A stretch of 64,000 nucleotides of DNA from Fimbriimonas sp. GTDB lineage: Bacteria > Armatimonadota > Fimbriimonadia > Fimbriimonadales > Fimbriimonadaceae. The position numbers were made by a program, and so were the translations under genes. The DNA is taken from positions 6,651 through 70,650 of the forward strand of contig JARLGV010000032.1 of assembly GCA_031292555.1 (NCBI GenBank), given 5' to 3'. The notes below the pieces were generated by a model. It was not told the DNA's origin. It did no database searches and saw only the letters and a program-made list of their open reading frames with translations. Shown piece after piece: positions 36,736-46,972 of the stretch (position 1 is its first letter; each line of letters starts with the position of its first letter).

Positions 36736-39700
36736 CTACTTCGTTAGCTTAATCTTAACGGTTTTGATCTCGAATCCGCGTGCCGGCGCCGAAACGACGC
36801 CGTTTGCAGTCTTCGCGTTTGCGAGATCGTCTTCCAGAAAATTGACCCAAGTCGCTTTGGTGAACGGAACATTGAGTTTCAGTCCAGAGTTTGACGGTTT
36901 TCCAGTCGATTCATACATCCGAACCACCAAATCTCCCCCATCTTCGCTCTTCTTGAGGCAGGTTGGCACCAGGTTCGGGTCGGTCACCGAAACGGGGCTG
37001 TACTGAAGAGGCGCTGCGCCCTTGGCGTCGAACGGAACGGTTGCCTCGATGAGCGGCTGGTTGAAATCGGCCGCCTTTTCGACGATATTGGCCTGTTTCC
37101 AATCCCCTGAGTGTGGAACGATCGCATAGCGCCAATGATGTCGGCCCGGGTTTGGAACCGGATCGGGGCTGAAACTCGACCGGATCAAACTCAGCCGCAG
37201 GGTCGAACCGCTAGCGGAATGGCCGTGCTTGCTGTCATTGAAGATGGATAAACCGAAGCCATTGCCTCCCATGTCAGCCCACTCCAACGCCGGGTACTCA
37301 ATTCCGTCGGTCGGGCGCTCAATCGAACCGAACGGGACTTCATACGTTGCCGTCGGCTTGTCGATCGCTGTATCGAAAACAACTCTGAGCAACGGGTTTT
37401 CGCTGCCGTCCTTGCCAATCGCTCGCCAGTTGCAGTCTACGTCTACCGGGATTTGGTCGCTCTGACTATCAATGTGGAATGTCTGGGTGACCGTCGTCGG
37501 CTTAGAGATCTCGTTGTTCGGATCCAGTTGATAGTGGAAAGCCAAGTTGACGCCTTGCGAACCCCGTTTAACATCGGATGAAACGAGATGAACGCGTTCG
37601 ACCTTGTCGATGTGGCCCAACACCCATGCACTCATGCCGCCTGCCCTTTCATAGTGCGCTTCAAGCATGCCCAGCCCGCCGGCGCCGGCAAACTCGTGGT
37701 GGCTGCGCTTGTCCGTTAGACGTTTGATGCCCCCGTGCTCCCGATCGAACTCCACGGTAAACCGATCTGTATCGACGGTATAGCCATCGTCGCGGACCTG
37801 AATCGCTGGCTTAGGCGAGGCGCCGCTGGTTAGGTGGAACACCTTGTACCCGAACGAGGGCACGTCTCCCGCCCAGAATCGCACGCGTCGGCTCGGAACG
37901 TCGAGGACCTCGATCGGGTACTGCTTGCCGTCCGGTCCGATTGCCACGCATCCATTGAGGTCCAGGTCGTCTCCCTGATCCCAACCGCTTTTGACAAGGT
38001 ACGTTTCCACCCAACCGCCGCGTGACCAACCAGTTGGGTTGAACACCATGGTGCTAAGTCCACCCGGCACGGGCGTCACTCGAACCGTCAGCATCTCCAT
38101 CGCACGAATGATGATGTCTTGGTCGTCAGCGATAACACGCCCCAACTCGACCTTTGTTCGATCGTACGGCGCATGAATGCCGCTACCCGGAAGGGTGTCG
38201 TGATGGTGATTGAAACAGATGTCTTCCCAATTTCGGCGGAAGCTCTCCTTCGGATACTGGAATCCTTGCAGCGAGGCGACCGTCGCGACTGCTTCGGCCG
38301 AAGTGGTCAGAGCTTCGGCATTCCGGTTGAGTTGTTTGATCTCGGAATGCGACGTGTAGCACCCGTCGAACACCGGGTTGAGGTCGGTATTCAAGACAGG
38401 AATCTTCGACAAATCGTACGACTCCAGTTTCTTGAAGAACTGGGTCGCGGTCGAGAATCGGACGGTCGGCTTCGATGGATCTTTCATCCACTCAAGGGCA
38501 GTCTGAATCTGCTCTCGGGTGGGCCCGCCGCCATGATTGCCAACCCCGTATACCCACAGATCATTCTTGCTTCCGGTGCTTTCCTCGAAATTGAGCATCT
38601 CCTGGAACTGACGGTACGAGAGATCGCTGTTGTACCACGACCCGTTAGCCGGTTCGTCGAAAGCGAGAACTCGCGTTCCGTCGAGAGCTGTCCACCAAAA
38701 CAGCGGCTTGCCCTTGCCGCCTCGGCAGAAATAGTAGTACTTGCATCCGCCCAGCTTAAGGATCTGCGGCATTTGGGCAGTGTGGCCGAAGGTGTCCGGC
38801 TCCCATCCCACGATGGCCGTCTTGCCGAACTTCTCGCGGAAGTAGCGCTGCCCATAAAGGAAGTGACGGGCGTGGGATTCGGGCGAGATCATGTTGGTGT
38901 CGCCCTCGCAAACGCGGCCGCCGACGATTTCCCACTGCCCCTTCTTGACCTTCTCCTGAATCTTCTTGAATAGTTCGGGATAGTGTTCTTCGGTCGTCTG
39001 GTACAGGCAAGAACTGCTTTGGCTGAACGAGAACCCAGGGAACTCGTCCATGAACTTGACCGCCTGGTTGAACGTGTCGTGACTGAATACGATCCCTTCC
39101 TGCCACTCCCATAGCCATTGAAGGTCGATATGAGCGTGGCCGACCAGATGGCCAGTGTACTTTTGCATCACCGGATGGGTGTGGGAAAGCGCGTGCCTCG
39201 CCGTGTGGAGGACTGCTTCGATTTCGTCGGTTGTGGCGTTTCGCGATCGTATCTGAGCGAGCATCCCCTCCGCTTCGCGAATGTGGCCCTCCAACCCAGG
39301 GTCTGGATTTCGGGCAACGTATTTCCGGGCCAGATCGATGTCCTTGCGGATTTCGTCGAGCTTGGCCAGCTCTTGAGCGGTGCCGAGCACGTTTTCTATG
39401 AGTTTGCCAAGGTCCTTGGCCGAATCGACTGACGAGCGGTCGATGGCGATGCAAGCCGGCGATCGGCTGTAGCCGTTCACGTTATCTGTCTCCAATACCT
39501 GCGGACTTCCGGACTCATAGACCCATGTCTTTGTCCCGTCGGCATGCTCGATGTAGACGTCGGCGACGAACTGAGCGTAGCGTCCGTCGATGTCGCCTTC
39601 GTCCGCCAATTCGAAGTCTGCCGTCTTTCGGCCTTTGGCATCGCTCAATGCAATTCGGCGCGTGTACCAATGGCCGATCGCCGGGGTCAGTACGCCGTCT

Positions 39701-40035
39701 CCGTGGGCGAGGATACCGTTCTGGTCGGTGAGGCCCAAGTCACGAAGTGCCCCGCCATCATCTTGGAAGTTGATATCGATCCCGCCCTTCGCGACCGGGT
39801 TGCTCGGGTCGAGAAACACCGAGTAAACGAACACATCGCCATCCCGGATCGTTGTTTGCAGATTGCTGAAGCGCAAGTACTCGTAGAAGTTGCCGTTTCC
39901 CTTCGCAAGGTTGGTCGCCACGAAAGCGAGACAAGTGCTTTTGGTCGTAAACGTCTGCTGAGTTCCAGGCGAGGCGAGGAGCCAAGGGAACATCACGGCG
40001 AGGCTGAGGCTCGCCAGCGATCTACGGAAGCGCAT
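36736..40035 (-). CDS. GH38 alpha-mannosidase with an extra N-terminal module
   Basis: HLVGHAHIDLQWLW, WEPDTFGH, GVGNHGGGP, HHDTLPG; Sec signal peptide. Confidence 0.92.
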   Translation of the reverse strand: MRFRRSLASLSLAVMFPWLLASPGTQQTFTTKSTCLAFVATNLAKGNGNFYEYLRFSNLQTTIRDGDVFVYSVFLDPSNPVAKGGIDINFQDDGGALRDLGLTDQNGILAHGDGVLTPAIGHWYTRRIALSDAKGRKTADFELADEGDIDGRYAQFVADVYIEHADGTKTWVYESGSPQVLETDNVNGYSRSPACIAIDRSSVDSAKDLGKLIENVLGTAQELAKLDEIRKDIDLARKYVARNPDPGLEGHIREAEGMLAQIRSRNATTDEIEAVLHTARHALSHTHPVMQKYTGHLVGHAHIDLQWLWEWQEGIVFSHDTFNQAVKFMDEFPGFSFSQSSSCLYQTTEEHYPELFKKIQEKVKKGQWEIVGGRVCEGDTNMISPESHARHFLYGQRYFREKFGKTAIVGWEPDTFGHTAQMPQILKLGGCKYYYFCRGGKGKPLFWWTALDGTRVLAFDEPANGSWYNSDLSYRQFQEMLNFEESTGSKNDLWVYGVGNHGGGPTREQIQTALEWMKDPSKPTVRFSTATQFFKKLESYDLSKIPVLNTDLNPVFDGCYTSHSEIKQLNRNAEALTTSAEAVATVASLQGFQYPKESFRRNWEDICFNHHHDTLPGSGIHAPYDRTKVELGRVIADDQDIIIRAMEMLTVRVTPVPGGLSTMVFNPTGWSRGGWVETYLVKSGWDQGDDLDLNGCVAIGPDGKQYPIEVLDVPSRRVRFWAGDVPSFGYKVFHLTSGASPKPAIQVRDDGYTVDTDRFTVEFDREHGGIKRLTDKRSHHEFAGAGGLGMLEAHYERAGGMSAWVLGHIDKVERVHLVSSDVKRGSQGVNLAFHYQLDPNNEISKPTTVTQTFHIDSQSDQIPVDVDCNWRAIGKDGSENPLLRVVFDTAIDKPTATYEVPFGSIERPTDGIEYPALEWADMGGNGFGLSIFNDSKHGHSASGSTLRLSLIRSSFSPDPVPNPGRHHWRYAIVPHSGDWKQANIVEKAADFNQPLIEATVPFDAKGAAPLQYSPVSVTDPNLVPTCLKKSEDGGDLVVRMYESTGKPSNSGLKLNVPFTKATWVNFLEDDLANAKTANGVVSAPARGFEIKTVKIKLTK

Positions 40036-40152
40036 GTCCCCTATTCTGTGCTACCCGGTACGATTCTCGCTTGGCCGATCGAGTTCATCGCGGCACTTAA
40101 TCGGTTCAGTCTCCGGCAGAGGGTGGAAAACAGGACGGACGGGTGAACATGT

Positions 40153-43092
40153 CTAGGTTTCGTTCAGCCATGCATTCGCCTTCTGCACCATCTCGGTCAA
40201 AGGCGCTTCGGCGCCCGCTCGGTAAACATCATCAAACCGCTCGTTGCCTAATGCATCTTTGCATGAAACCAACGCTGCTTCGTAGGTTGGTCGTTCCGCA
40301 GGGGAGCGCGGGGCGTCGATATCCACATATCTGCGGTCGACGGCGCCAAAGAGGGCGGCTGCCAGTTCGAATTCTCCGGCTTTCACCGCAATCAATGCAG
40401 TGTAGTCGATCGTGACGCAAACGCCTCGCTTCTCTCCCAACTCCAAAAAGGTGTCCAAACCCGTTCGGACCAGGGAACGCGCCAAATCCACTTGTCCAAG
40501 TTCAGCATGGATACTGCCAAGACTGATGGTGGCCATCGTGGACAGGATCCTCCCGCCTATGGTTTCGTAGAGTCTCTGAGCCCGCTCGTATGCGTCCTTC
40601 GCCTCGAGAAATAGTCGGCAGGAATGGAAAACACCTCCGAGGTTGATCAGCGCCACGGCCTCGAGTGGGGTCAACCCGTTAGTGTGACCGTATTCGATCG
40701 CCTCTTCGAGATAGGCTCGTGCCTCTTCGAACTTTAGCTGGTCGTACATCGCGACTCCTAGATCGACGAGAGTGTTGGCCGCGAACACGCCGTTTCCAAC
40801 TTGGCGGTACGCGGCAATTGCCTCTCGGCCATACTCGATCGCTTGCTCGGGCCTACCAAGGTTGCGCACGACTTGGGAGAGGTTACGCAGACTCCCAGCT
40901 GCCCCTTCCATGTCCCCTTCCTGCCTGAATATCTCCAGTGCCCTGGTCTGGTCCTGGTCGGCGTCCTTGTTGTCTCCTTGGCTCCAGCAAAGGGCGCCGT
41001 GAGCGTACAGCGCTCTTGCATAGGGAATTCGACATTCCTCGGCCCCGTCAAACTCCAACACTCGAGCCAACGTCTCGCGACCCGCCGTCAGCTTGCCCTG
41101 GATCCACCAAAAGCGCATGAGCGAAGATGCAAGCCGAAGAGCGAGTCCAGTGCGATCTCTTGAGCGCTTCGCCCAAGCGATCGCCCCCAGGAAGTTCTCG
41201 TACTCGGCCTCGACTCGTTCCACCCAAAATCGCTGGTCACGGCCCATGAACCCCTGCGCTGCGGTTTCCGCCAATTCGGTGAACCACTTCAGGTGCTTTG
41301 TCCGAGTAGTGACCAACTCGTCTCGGTCAGCAAGTCGCTGGGCGGCGTATTGGCGCACCGAATCGAGAAGACGGAAGCGGGGAAGTTCTCCGACTGGATC
41401 GGCGATTACTAGAGAGCGATCCACCAACCTCTCGAGAACATCGAGCACCTGGTACGAGTCGAGGTCGACGTGCACCTTGGCGGCCGATTCCGACGTCCAG
41501 TGGCCGACAAATGCGGAGGCCGTCTGTAGAAGCGCCTTCTCGTCGTCGGAAAGCAGACTGTAGCTCCACTCCATCGTCGCTTCGAGCGTCTGGTGGCGCG
41601 CATCTAGGCCGCGCTCGTTTGTCCTCAGCAACCTGAATCGGTCTTCAAGTAGTCCGGCGATCTGGTCGAGAGATAGGAGTCTGGCTCGGGTCGCTGCCAG
41701 TTCGATTGCCAGCGGTACTCCGTCAAGGGTTCGGCAGATACGGCAAACCGACCTGAAGTTCCGGTCGTTGAGCTGAAACGTACCTTTTGCCTTGGTGATG
41801 CACTGAGCCATCAGAGCGATCGCATCACACTCCACCGCTTGCTCGAACGAGATCTCGTCAACATCTGGAACTGGCATCGGGACTATTCGTACGACGTGTT
41901 CGCCCGCCACTCCTATCGGAGCTTGGCTCGTTGACAAGATTCGAAGTTTGGGACAATGATCGGCGAGTTCTTGCACCAAGCGGCGTATAGGCTCGATCAG
42001 GTGCTCGCAGTTGTCGAGGAGTATCGTGGCTTCGGAATCGGCTAGGCGTAAGGCAACGGTTCGGGGACTGGCGTTGGGATCAGGGTCAATGGCTTTCGTT
42101 GCAGCCGCAAATGCCTCATAGACCTGGTCCGGGTCTCTCACTGCCAAAAGGTCGACCGCGATCGCCTGCATTGACTGTCCCGTGGCCAAATCGCGCAGCA
42201 CCTCCAATGCAAGGCGCGTCTTGCCGACCCCGCCCGATCCTACGAGTGTCACTGGTCGATGCTGACCTAGCGATTCAACAATCTCGCAAAACTCCTTTCT
42301 CCTGCCGATCAGGCGGTTCGTCGGTAGCGGTAGGTTTCCACCGACGAAGCGGGACGGGTCGGACTGAATGGCCGTAGATGCAAAGAGCTCACGAATCGCA
42401 TCTTGAGTCGTGTCGCTGGGGGCGGTTTCAAGATCGTGTCGAAGGCGACGCTTGAATTCCTCGTACGCCTTCTGGGCGCCGGACACATTCCCCATCCTCA
42501 CATGTGCCTTGGCCAGTCGGAGAAATACGGTTTCGTCGTGAGGATCAATTCGCGAGAGTGCGCGTAACAGTTCCACCGCGCGCCCGGTTTCGCCTGCAAT
42601 CTCCGCAAGACTCACTCGCGCATGAAGGCTCTCCAGCAACATCCGGTCGAAGATCGATCTGTCAGGATTGATCCACTCGTATCCCCAGTCGGAAAGTAGC
42701 GGACCTCGGTAGACCTCGGCTGCCCGCTCGATAGAGGCATCGGTTCCAAGTTTGAGCGAAGCCTCGAATTCTACGAGATCGACCCAGGCGACCTCCAGAT
42801 CCAGTTGGAGGCTGGATGACGAGGGAGATTTTATTGCGGTGCTTGCGATTCCCAATGCATGGCGCAAATCGGTCAACGTACGACGAAGGCTGTAGAGAGC
42901 GTCTGAGGTTTCGCTGTCCGGCCAGATCGCCGAGGCAAGATATGATCGGTCCACCGATCTGCCGCGTCGGAGAGCAAGCATGGCCAACACCGCGTTTCCC
43001 CGGTGAGTACGCAGCTTGCGAAGCGGCTCTCCCTCGACCAGAGCCTCGAAATGGCCGAAAAGTCTTATGGTGAGTGGCTTGACGGCATCCAT
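40153..43092 (-). CDS. AfsR/SARP-family regulator (wHTH-BTAD-NB-ARC-like ATPase-TPR)
   Basis: IRLFG.F, BTAD (P.DETVF..L), LIGR, GSGGVGKTRL, LLDNCEH, LDGVPLAIELAA, TPR tail; start at MDAVK (or TTG 43110). Confidence 0.9.
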   Translation of the reverse strand: MDAVKPLTIRLFGHFEALVEGEPLRKLRTHRGNAVLAMLALRRGRSVDRSYLASAIWPDSETSDALYSLRRTLTDLRHALGIASTAIKSPSSSSLQLDLEVAWVDLVEFEASLKLGTDASIERAAEVYRGPLLSDWGYEWINPDRSIFDRMLLESLHARVSLAEIAGETGRAVELLRALSRIDPHDETVFLRLAKAHVRMGNVSGAQKAYEEFKRRLRHDLETAPSDTTQDAIRELFASTAIQSDPSRFVGGNLPLPTNRLIGRRKEFCEIVESLGQHRPVTLVGSGGVGKTRLALEVLRDLATGQSMQAIAVDLLAVRDPDQVYEAFAAATKAIDPDPNASPRTVALRLADSEATILLDNCEHLIEPIRRLVQELADHCPKLRILSTSQAPIGVAGEHVVRIVPMPVPDVDEISFEQAVECDAIALMAQCITKAKGTFQLNDRNFRSVCRICRTLDGVPLAIELAATRARLLSLDQIAGLLEDRFRLLRTNERGLDARHQTLEATMEWSYSLLSDDEKALLQTASAFVGHWTSESAAKVHVDLDSYQVLDVLERLVDRSLVIADPVGELPRFRLLDSVRQYAAQRLADRDELVTTRTKHLKWFTELAETAAQGFMGRDQRFWVERVEAEYENFLGAIAWAKRSRDRTGLALRLASSLMRFWWIQGKLTAGRETLARVLEFDGAEECRIPYARALYAHGALCWSQGDNKDADQDQTRALEIFRQEGDMEGAAGSLRNLSQVVRNLGRPEQAIEYGREAIAAYRQVGNGVFAANTLVDLGVAMYDQLKFEEARAYLEEAIEYGHTNGLTPLEAVALINLGGVFHSCRLFLEAKDAYERAQRLYETIGGRILSTMATISLGSIHAELGQVDLARSLVRTGLDTFLELGEKRGVCVTIDYTALIAVKAGEFELAAALFGAVDRRYVDIDAPRSPAERPTYEAALVSCKDALGNERFDDVYRAGAEAPLTEMVQKANAWLNET

Positions 43093-43216
43093 CGGTCTCT
43101 CGGGCGTCAAGATCGATCCTTCTTGGCGGGGGTCTTAGGCGTGCACGGAAGCGTGCACAGACACCCATATTGTGCTCTACATACAACCAGGTTGGAACCC
43201 GATAATTCGACTGGAA

Positions 43217-43888
43217 TCAGTTTCGACGCCAATCGAAGCCAACGGCATCCAAAAAAGCTTTGGCGATTACCGTCGTTCCCGTCTGATTCGGGTGAACGCG
43301 GTCCCACGCCATAGCTGCCGGGTACCAATCCTTCATAACTCGATCGAAAGCGGCCTGGGTATCCACAAAAATCGCGCCGTGTTTCGTGGATAGGCGCTGG
43401 ACGGCCTCGCCATACCGGTCCATTCGGCTCCGCATAGCATCAGCTTGAAGTGGCTCGATATAAAACGGAGTCATCATCACAAGCCCCTTGAGGCTTGGCT
43501 TCGTCCGGGAGATCAATTCGTCCAACGTTCGCTCGTAGAGTTCAATGCCGACATGCTGTTCGGTTTGCAGCGGCAAATCGAATTGCCGCCAAACGTCGTT
43601 AATTCCAATCATGACCGAAAGCCAGTCTGGTGCTTGATCTAGTACGTCCCGCTGCCAACGCGCCTTGAGGTCCAGGACGGTGTTGCCGCTTGAGCCCTGA
43701 TTGACGACCCGAATTTGGTGGTCGCCATAGATCGCAGAAAGCAATCCGGCGACGATATTTACGTAGCCGGTTCCGTGGGCCCCGAATAGCCCTTCGCCCA
43801 CCGGCTGTGCCCGACCCGCATCGGTAATAGAATCTCCAATAAAAAGGAGCTTGCTGCCACTTGCGATCTTCAGGGTACTGCCGTCCAT
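43217..43888 (-). CDS. SGNH/GDSL hydrolase (carbohydrate esterase-like)
   Basis: GDSIT, NQGSSGNT, GIND, DRVHP. Confidence 0.92.
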   Translation of the reverse strand: MDGSTLKIASGSKLLFIGDSITDAGRAQPVGEGLFGAHGTGYVNIVAGLLSAIYGDHQIRVVNQGSSGNTVLDLKARWQRDVLDQAPDWLSVMIGINDVWRQFDLPLQTEQHVGIELYERTLDELISRTKPSLKGLVMMTPFYIEPLQADAMRSRMDRYGEAVQRLSTKHGAIFVDTQAAFDRVMKDWYPAAMAWDRVHPNQTGTTVIAKAFLDAVGFDWRRN

Positions 43889-43975
43889 GCCCTACGATAC
43901 CACTGGGGTTCGAATCGGAGGCTCTGGTTACGGGGACTGCACTCATCCGTTTGAGGAACGGAGTAGATTATTGGA

Positions 43976-46783
43976 ATGATCGGCGCCGCAGCCTTGGCCA
44001 TCTTCTCCGCACCACTTCTTGCACCACCCTTACCATGGGCTTCTGGGTTTGCGCCCGAAGGGTCCTGGGCTTACGTTGCGGACATGGATGGCGACGGTTA
44101 TGCCGACCTAGTCCGCATTCAGCCAAACGGCGACGCGTTTATCGACATATCGTTCAACGTCGACGGCATGAAGGCGGGTCATCCCGATCGAGCACTTTCG
44201 AATTGGGGAAAGGACTGCCAAGCGGCTGCCGTCGGTCTATTGGATGAATCTGGATGCGCCACCGTAGTTGGTGTCTTTGCCGGAGATACGCTACGCATGG
44301 CTCGATGCGACCGAAACGACAAGTTCACCGATGTTCCCGATTGGTCCAAGCTTCCGATAAAGGTTAAGCGGCCCCACGCGTCCATCCTCGGACACCGTGT
44401 CCTGGTTTGGGACGAGGTTTCTGGCCGAGGATATGGGCTGGACTCCTTTGGCAAGAACCCTCTACCTCTTTCGGTGCCTGGCAACGTAGTCTCAATCCAG
44501 AGCCTTGAAACAGCCGAGGGCAAGCCATCGATGGATTGCATCTTCGAGTTTCGAGATGGCACAGTCAAGCGCGGACCTCTTGGCGGCAGCGGCAAATTCC
44601 GGCTTCTCGGCAAGGTTGCCAAAGGTCAGAATGCCCTCGTTGCGGGCAGCAAGACCTATCTGGATACTCCTGCCGATGCATCCGATTCCGAAGTTAAGCG
44701 ACGACCCGAATCGAAACTTCCTCCAGCGACATCGATCTGGGCTTCGGGGGATGTCGATCGAGACGGCGACGCAGACTTGTTCCAGTTCCGCTTCGGTAAA
44801 GAAGAGCACACCGCAAACGACGTTCTGATGTACCGCACGATCTCGCCAGGCGAGTCCGACTCCGATCATGACGGTCTTTCAAATGCAGAAGAGGACAAGA
44901 TCGGTAGCGACCCGTACAACCCGCAGACGGCGGGAGACGGTCTGCTCGACGGGTGGAAGGTCAACGGGTTTCGAGGTCTGGACATGAAAGCACTCGGGTG
45001 CAATCCGAGGCAGGTGGACCTTATCTGCCTGATCTCACGCTACTCTGATGTCGACGAGAAATTCGCCAAGGACACGTTCGAGAAGGTGAAGGCGTACTAC
45101 AAATCGCTGCCCGTCAAGAATCCGGACGGAACGTCCGGATGGAACCTGCATCCGATCTTCATCGCGCCGGTGACCGGCGACGATATGAAGAATCCATGGT
45201 GGGCCAACCGGGACAAGTTTCTACCTGCCAAGTGGAAGGGCGTGGTGCATTGGATGCAGATCGGTCGCGGCGGCGGGGGACAGGCCGACGAACTAGGGGA
45301 CGGCGGAGGTTGCGGCGGGGGTGGGATGGCGCTCTACGCGACTTTCATCCACGAGTTCGGGCACCAACTGGGACTGAGCCACAACGGTTTCTACAACGCA
45401 GACGGCTGCCCGTCCTATCCCAGCCTGATGAACTACCCGTACAGCTACACGTTGAACGGCGATATCAAGAATATCGACTATAGCGATGGGAGATTGGCGA
45501 ACTTCGTCCTAAAGGAAACAGACCTGGACGAAGTGATTCCTCTTCCGTACGAGAAGGTGAAGTTCCTAGAGAATGCGCCTTATCGGTTCCACCTCAAGAA
45601 GAATGGCGAAACGACCCTGATCGACTGGAACTGGAATGGCGTTTTTGGCGAGCATCACGTGAAGGCAGACGTGAACTACGCCTATTCCACCTCCGCCGGT
45701 CGCCGCGATGACATCGATAGAACCCAAACCGCGCCTTGGCTTTTTACCCATAAGGGAAAGGCCTACATCCTCTTTGGCAGAGACACTGCGCCGGTTGACA
45801 AAAGCGCGGATCCGACACTGGGGCCGACCAAGACGGGCGCCCTCTATCTGCGACGCCTCGACAAGCCTTTCAAGTGGGAACCTGCCCATACCGTAGACTA
45901 CTGGGGCGCTTTTGGGGACCCGGTCGCCGCGAGCTTTGGCGGGAAAATCGTCGTAGCTTACCAATGCAAGCAAGGCATCGTCGTACGGGATGTCGATGAT
46001 TCGGCGGGCGGTTTCGACGTATCGAAGCCAGATGTCGTTGAGCCTGATAATTCGCTCGTTCCAACGATCGGTGAATTTGATCACCGGCTCTGGCTCTTCC
46101 TATGGGACCCGGCCACTCAGAAAGTTCAAGTTCGAGCCATCCGGGGCGGAAAAACCGTGCCCCAGGTTCTCGGAGAAAGGAGCACGATTCCGGTTGGACC
46201 GTGTGAGGACACGATTCACCACCAATTGATCCTTGGCATGGCGCAAGATCAGCCAGGCAAACGCACAACTCACTGGCAGATCCGCCGCTTTAGCCTGAAG
46301 GGCGGAACGTTTGTAGGTGTTAGCGTGGATTGGATTCAGGGTGTGGATGGAGACGCTCGAGGACGATCCCGGCCAGTGGTGCTTTTCGACAGCGATCGCC
46401 GATTCGGTCCGGAAGGGAAGGTGTACTTCTATTCGCTCGGAGATCATGGTAAGGAGAATCCCTGGGCTTGCGGCTATGTCGCGGAGACGATCGCAGACAA
46501 AAAGTCTACCGGTGGTCACGTTCAGGGAGGATGGATCGTCAAGCGGTTCTACGACGAATGGACTCAGAGCCGGTCCGCGATCGCGGCTGCCTTCTTCGGC
46601 GGCGATATCCTCTACGCCTATCGGTGGGTTGACGGTGGCCAAGGCGATTCCGACAATCATCTGCACGTCGGCTATCGAGGCACCGGGATCGAGAATACGC
46701 CCATGGGGGATTTTGACGACCTCGGTTACATGAAGACGTTCGGCATCCAGCATTGCATTCTGTATCTCAACCGAGACAAATAG
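43976..46783 (+). CDS. Secreted FG-GAP/VCBS- and TSP3-like repeat protein with a metzincin protease motif
   Basis: DMDGDGYADL, GDVDRDGDADL, DSDHDGLSNAEE, HEFGHQLGLSH and Met-turn SLMNY. Confidence 0.75.
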   Translation: MIGAAALAIFSAPLLAPPLPWASGFAPEGSWAYVADMDGDGYADLVRIQPNGDAFIDISFNVDGMKAGHPDRALSNWGKDCQAAAVGLLDESGCATVVGVFAGDTLRMARCDRNDKFTDVPDWSKLPIKVKRPHASILGHRVLVWDEVSGRGYGLDSFGKNPLPLSVPGNVVSIQSLETAEGKPSMDCIFEFRDGTVKRGPLGGSGKFRLLGKVAKGQNALVAGSKTYLDTPADASDSEVKRRPESKLPPATSIWASGDVDRDGDADLFQFRFGKEEHTANDVLMYRTISPGESDSDHDGLSNAEEDKIGSDPYNPQTAGDGLLDGWKVNGFRGLDMKALGCNPRQVDLICLISRYSDVDEKFAKDTFEKVKAYYKSLPVKNPDGTSGWNLHPIFIAPVTGDDMKNPWWANRDKFLPAKWKGVVHWMQIGRGGGGQADELGDGGGCGGGGMALYATFIHEFGHQLGLSHNGFYNADGCPSYPSLMNYPYSYTLNGDIKNIDYSDGRLANFVLKETDLDEVIPLPYEKVKFLENAPYRFHLKKNGETTLIDWNWNGVFGEHHVKADVNYAYSTSAGRRDDIDRTQTAPWLFTHKGKAYILFGRDTAPVDKSADPTLGPTKTGALYLRRLDKPFKWEPAHTVDYWGAFGDPVAASFGGKIVVAYQCKQGIVVRDVDDSAGGFDVSKPDVVEPDNSLVPTIGEFDHRLWLFLWDPATQKVQVRAIRGGKTVPQVLGERSTIPVGPCEDTIHHQLILGMAQDQPGKRTTHWQIRRFSLKGGTFVGVSVDWIQGVDGDARGRSRPVVLFDSDRRFGPEGKVYFYSLGDHGKENPWACGYVAETIADKKSTGGHVQGGWIVKRFYDEWTQSRSAIAAAFFGGDILYAYRWVDGGQGDSDNHLHVGYRGTGIENTPMGDFDDLGYMKTFGIQHCILYLNRDK

Positions 46784-46972
46784 AGGGTGGCCTGCCCCAT
46801 GGGTAGCTGACGAACTCGTTTTATACCGTCGGTACCACTCGGGAGATGTTCCTGTCGAATCCAGATGGCCCAGTTTGGAGATGATTGACGCTGTCGATGA
46901 GGGCGCAGGACCCTTGTTGGGGGGAGCCATGTAGGTCCCTTGTATGAAACACTGCTAGCGTAACGATCGATT

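Noticed and set aside
38119-38973. 284-aa plus-strand ORF (also 30320-31012, 33349-34194, 46100-46930, 12557-13342 and similar)
   Set aside because: Shadow or alternative-frame ORFs over well-supported genes, expected in GC-rich DNA
40036-40152. SARP-type direct repeats upstream of GH38
   Set aside because: TCGA-like words are not at a convincing 11-bp spacing
46784-46972. Possible small gene between the metzincin and the GNAT
   Set aside because: No frame with a convincing start, RBS or composition
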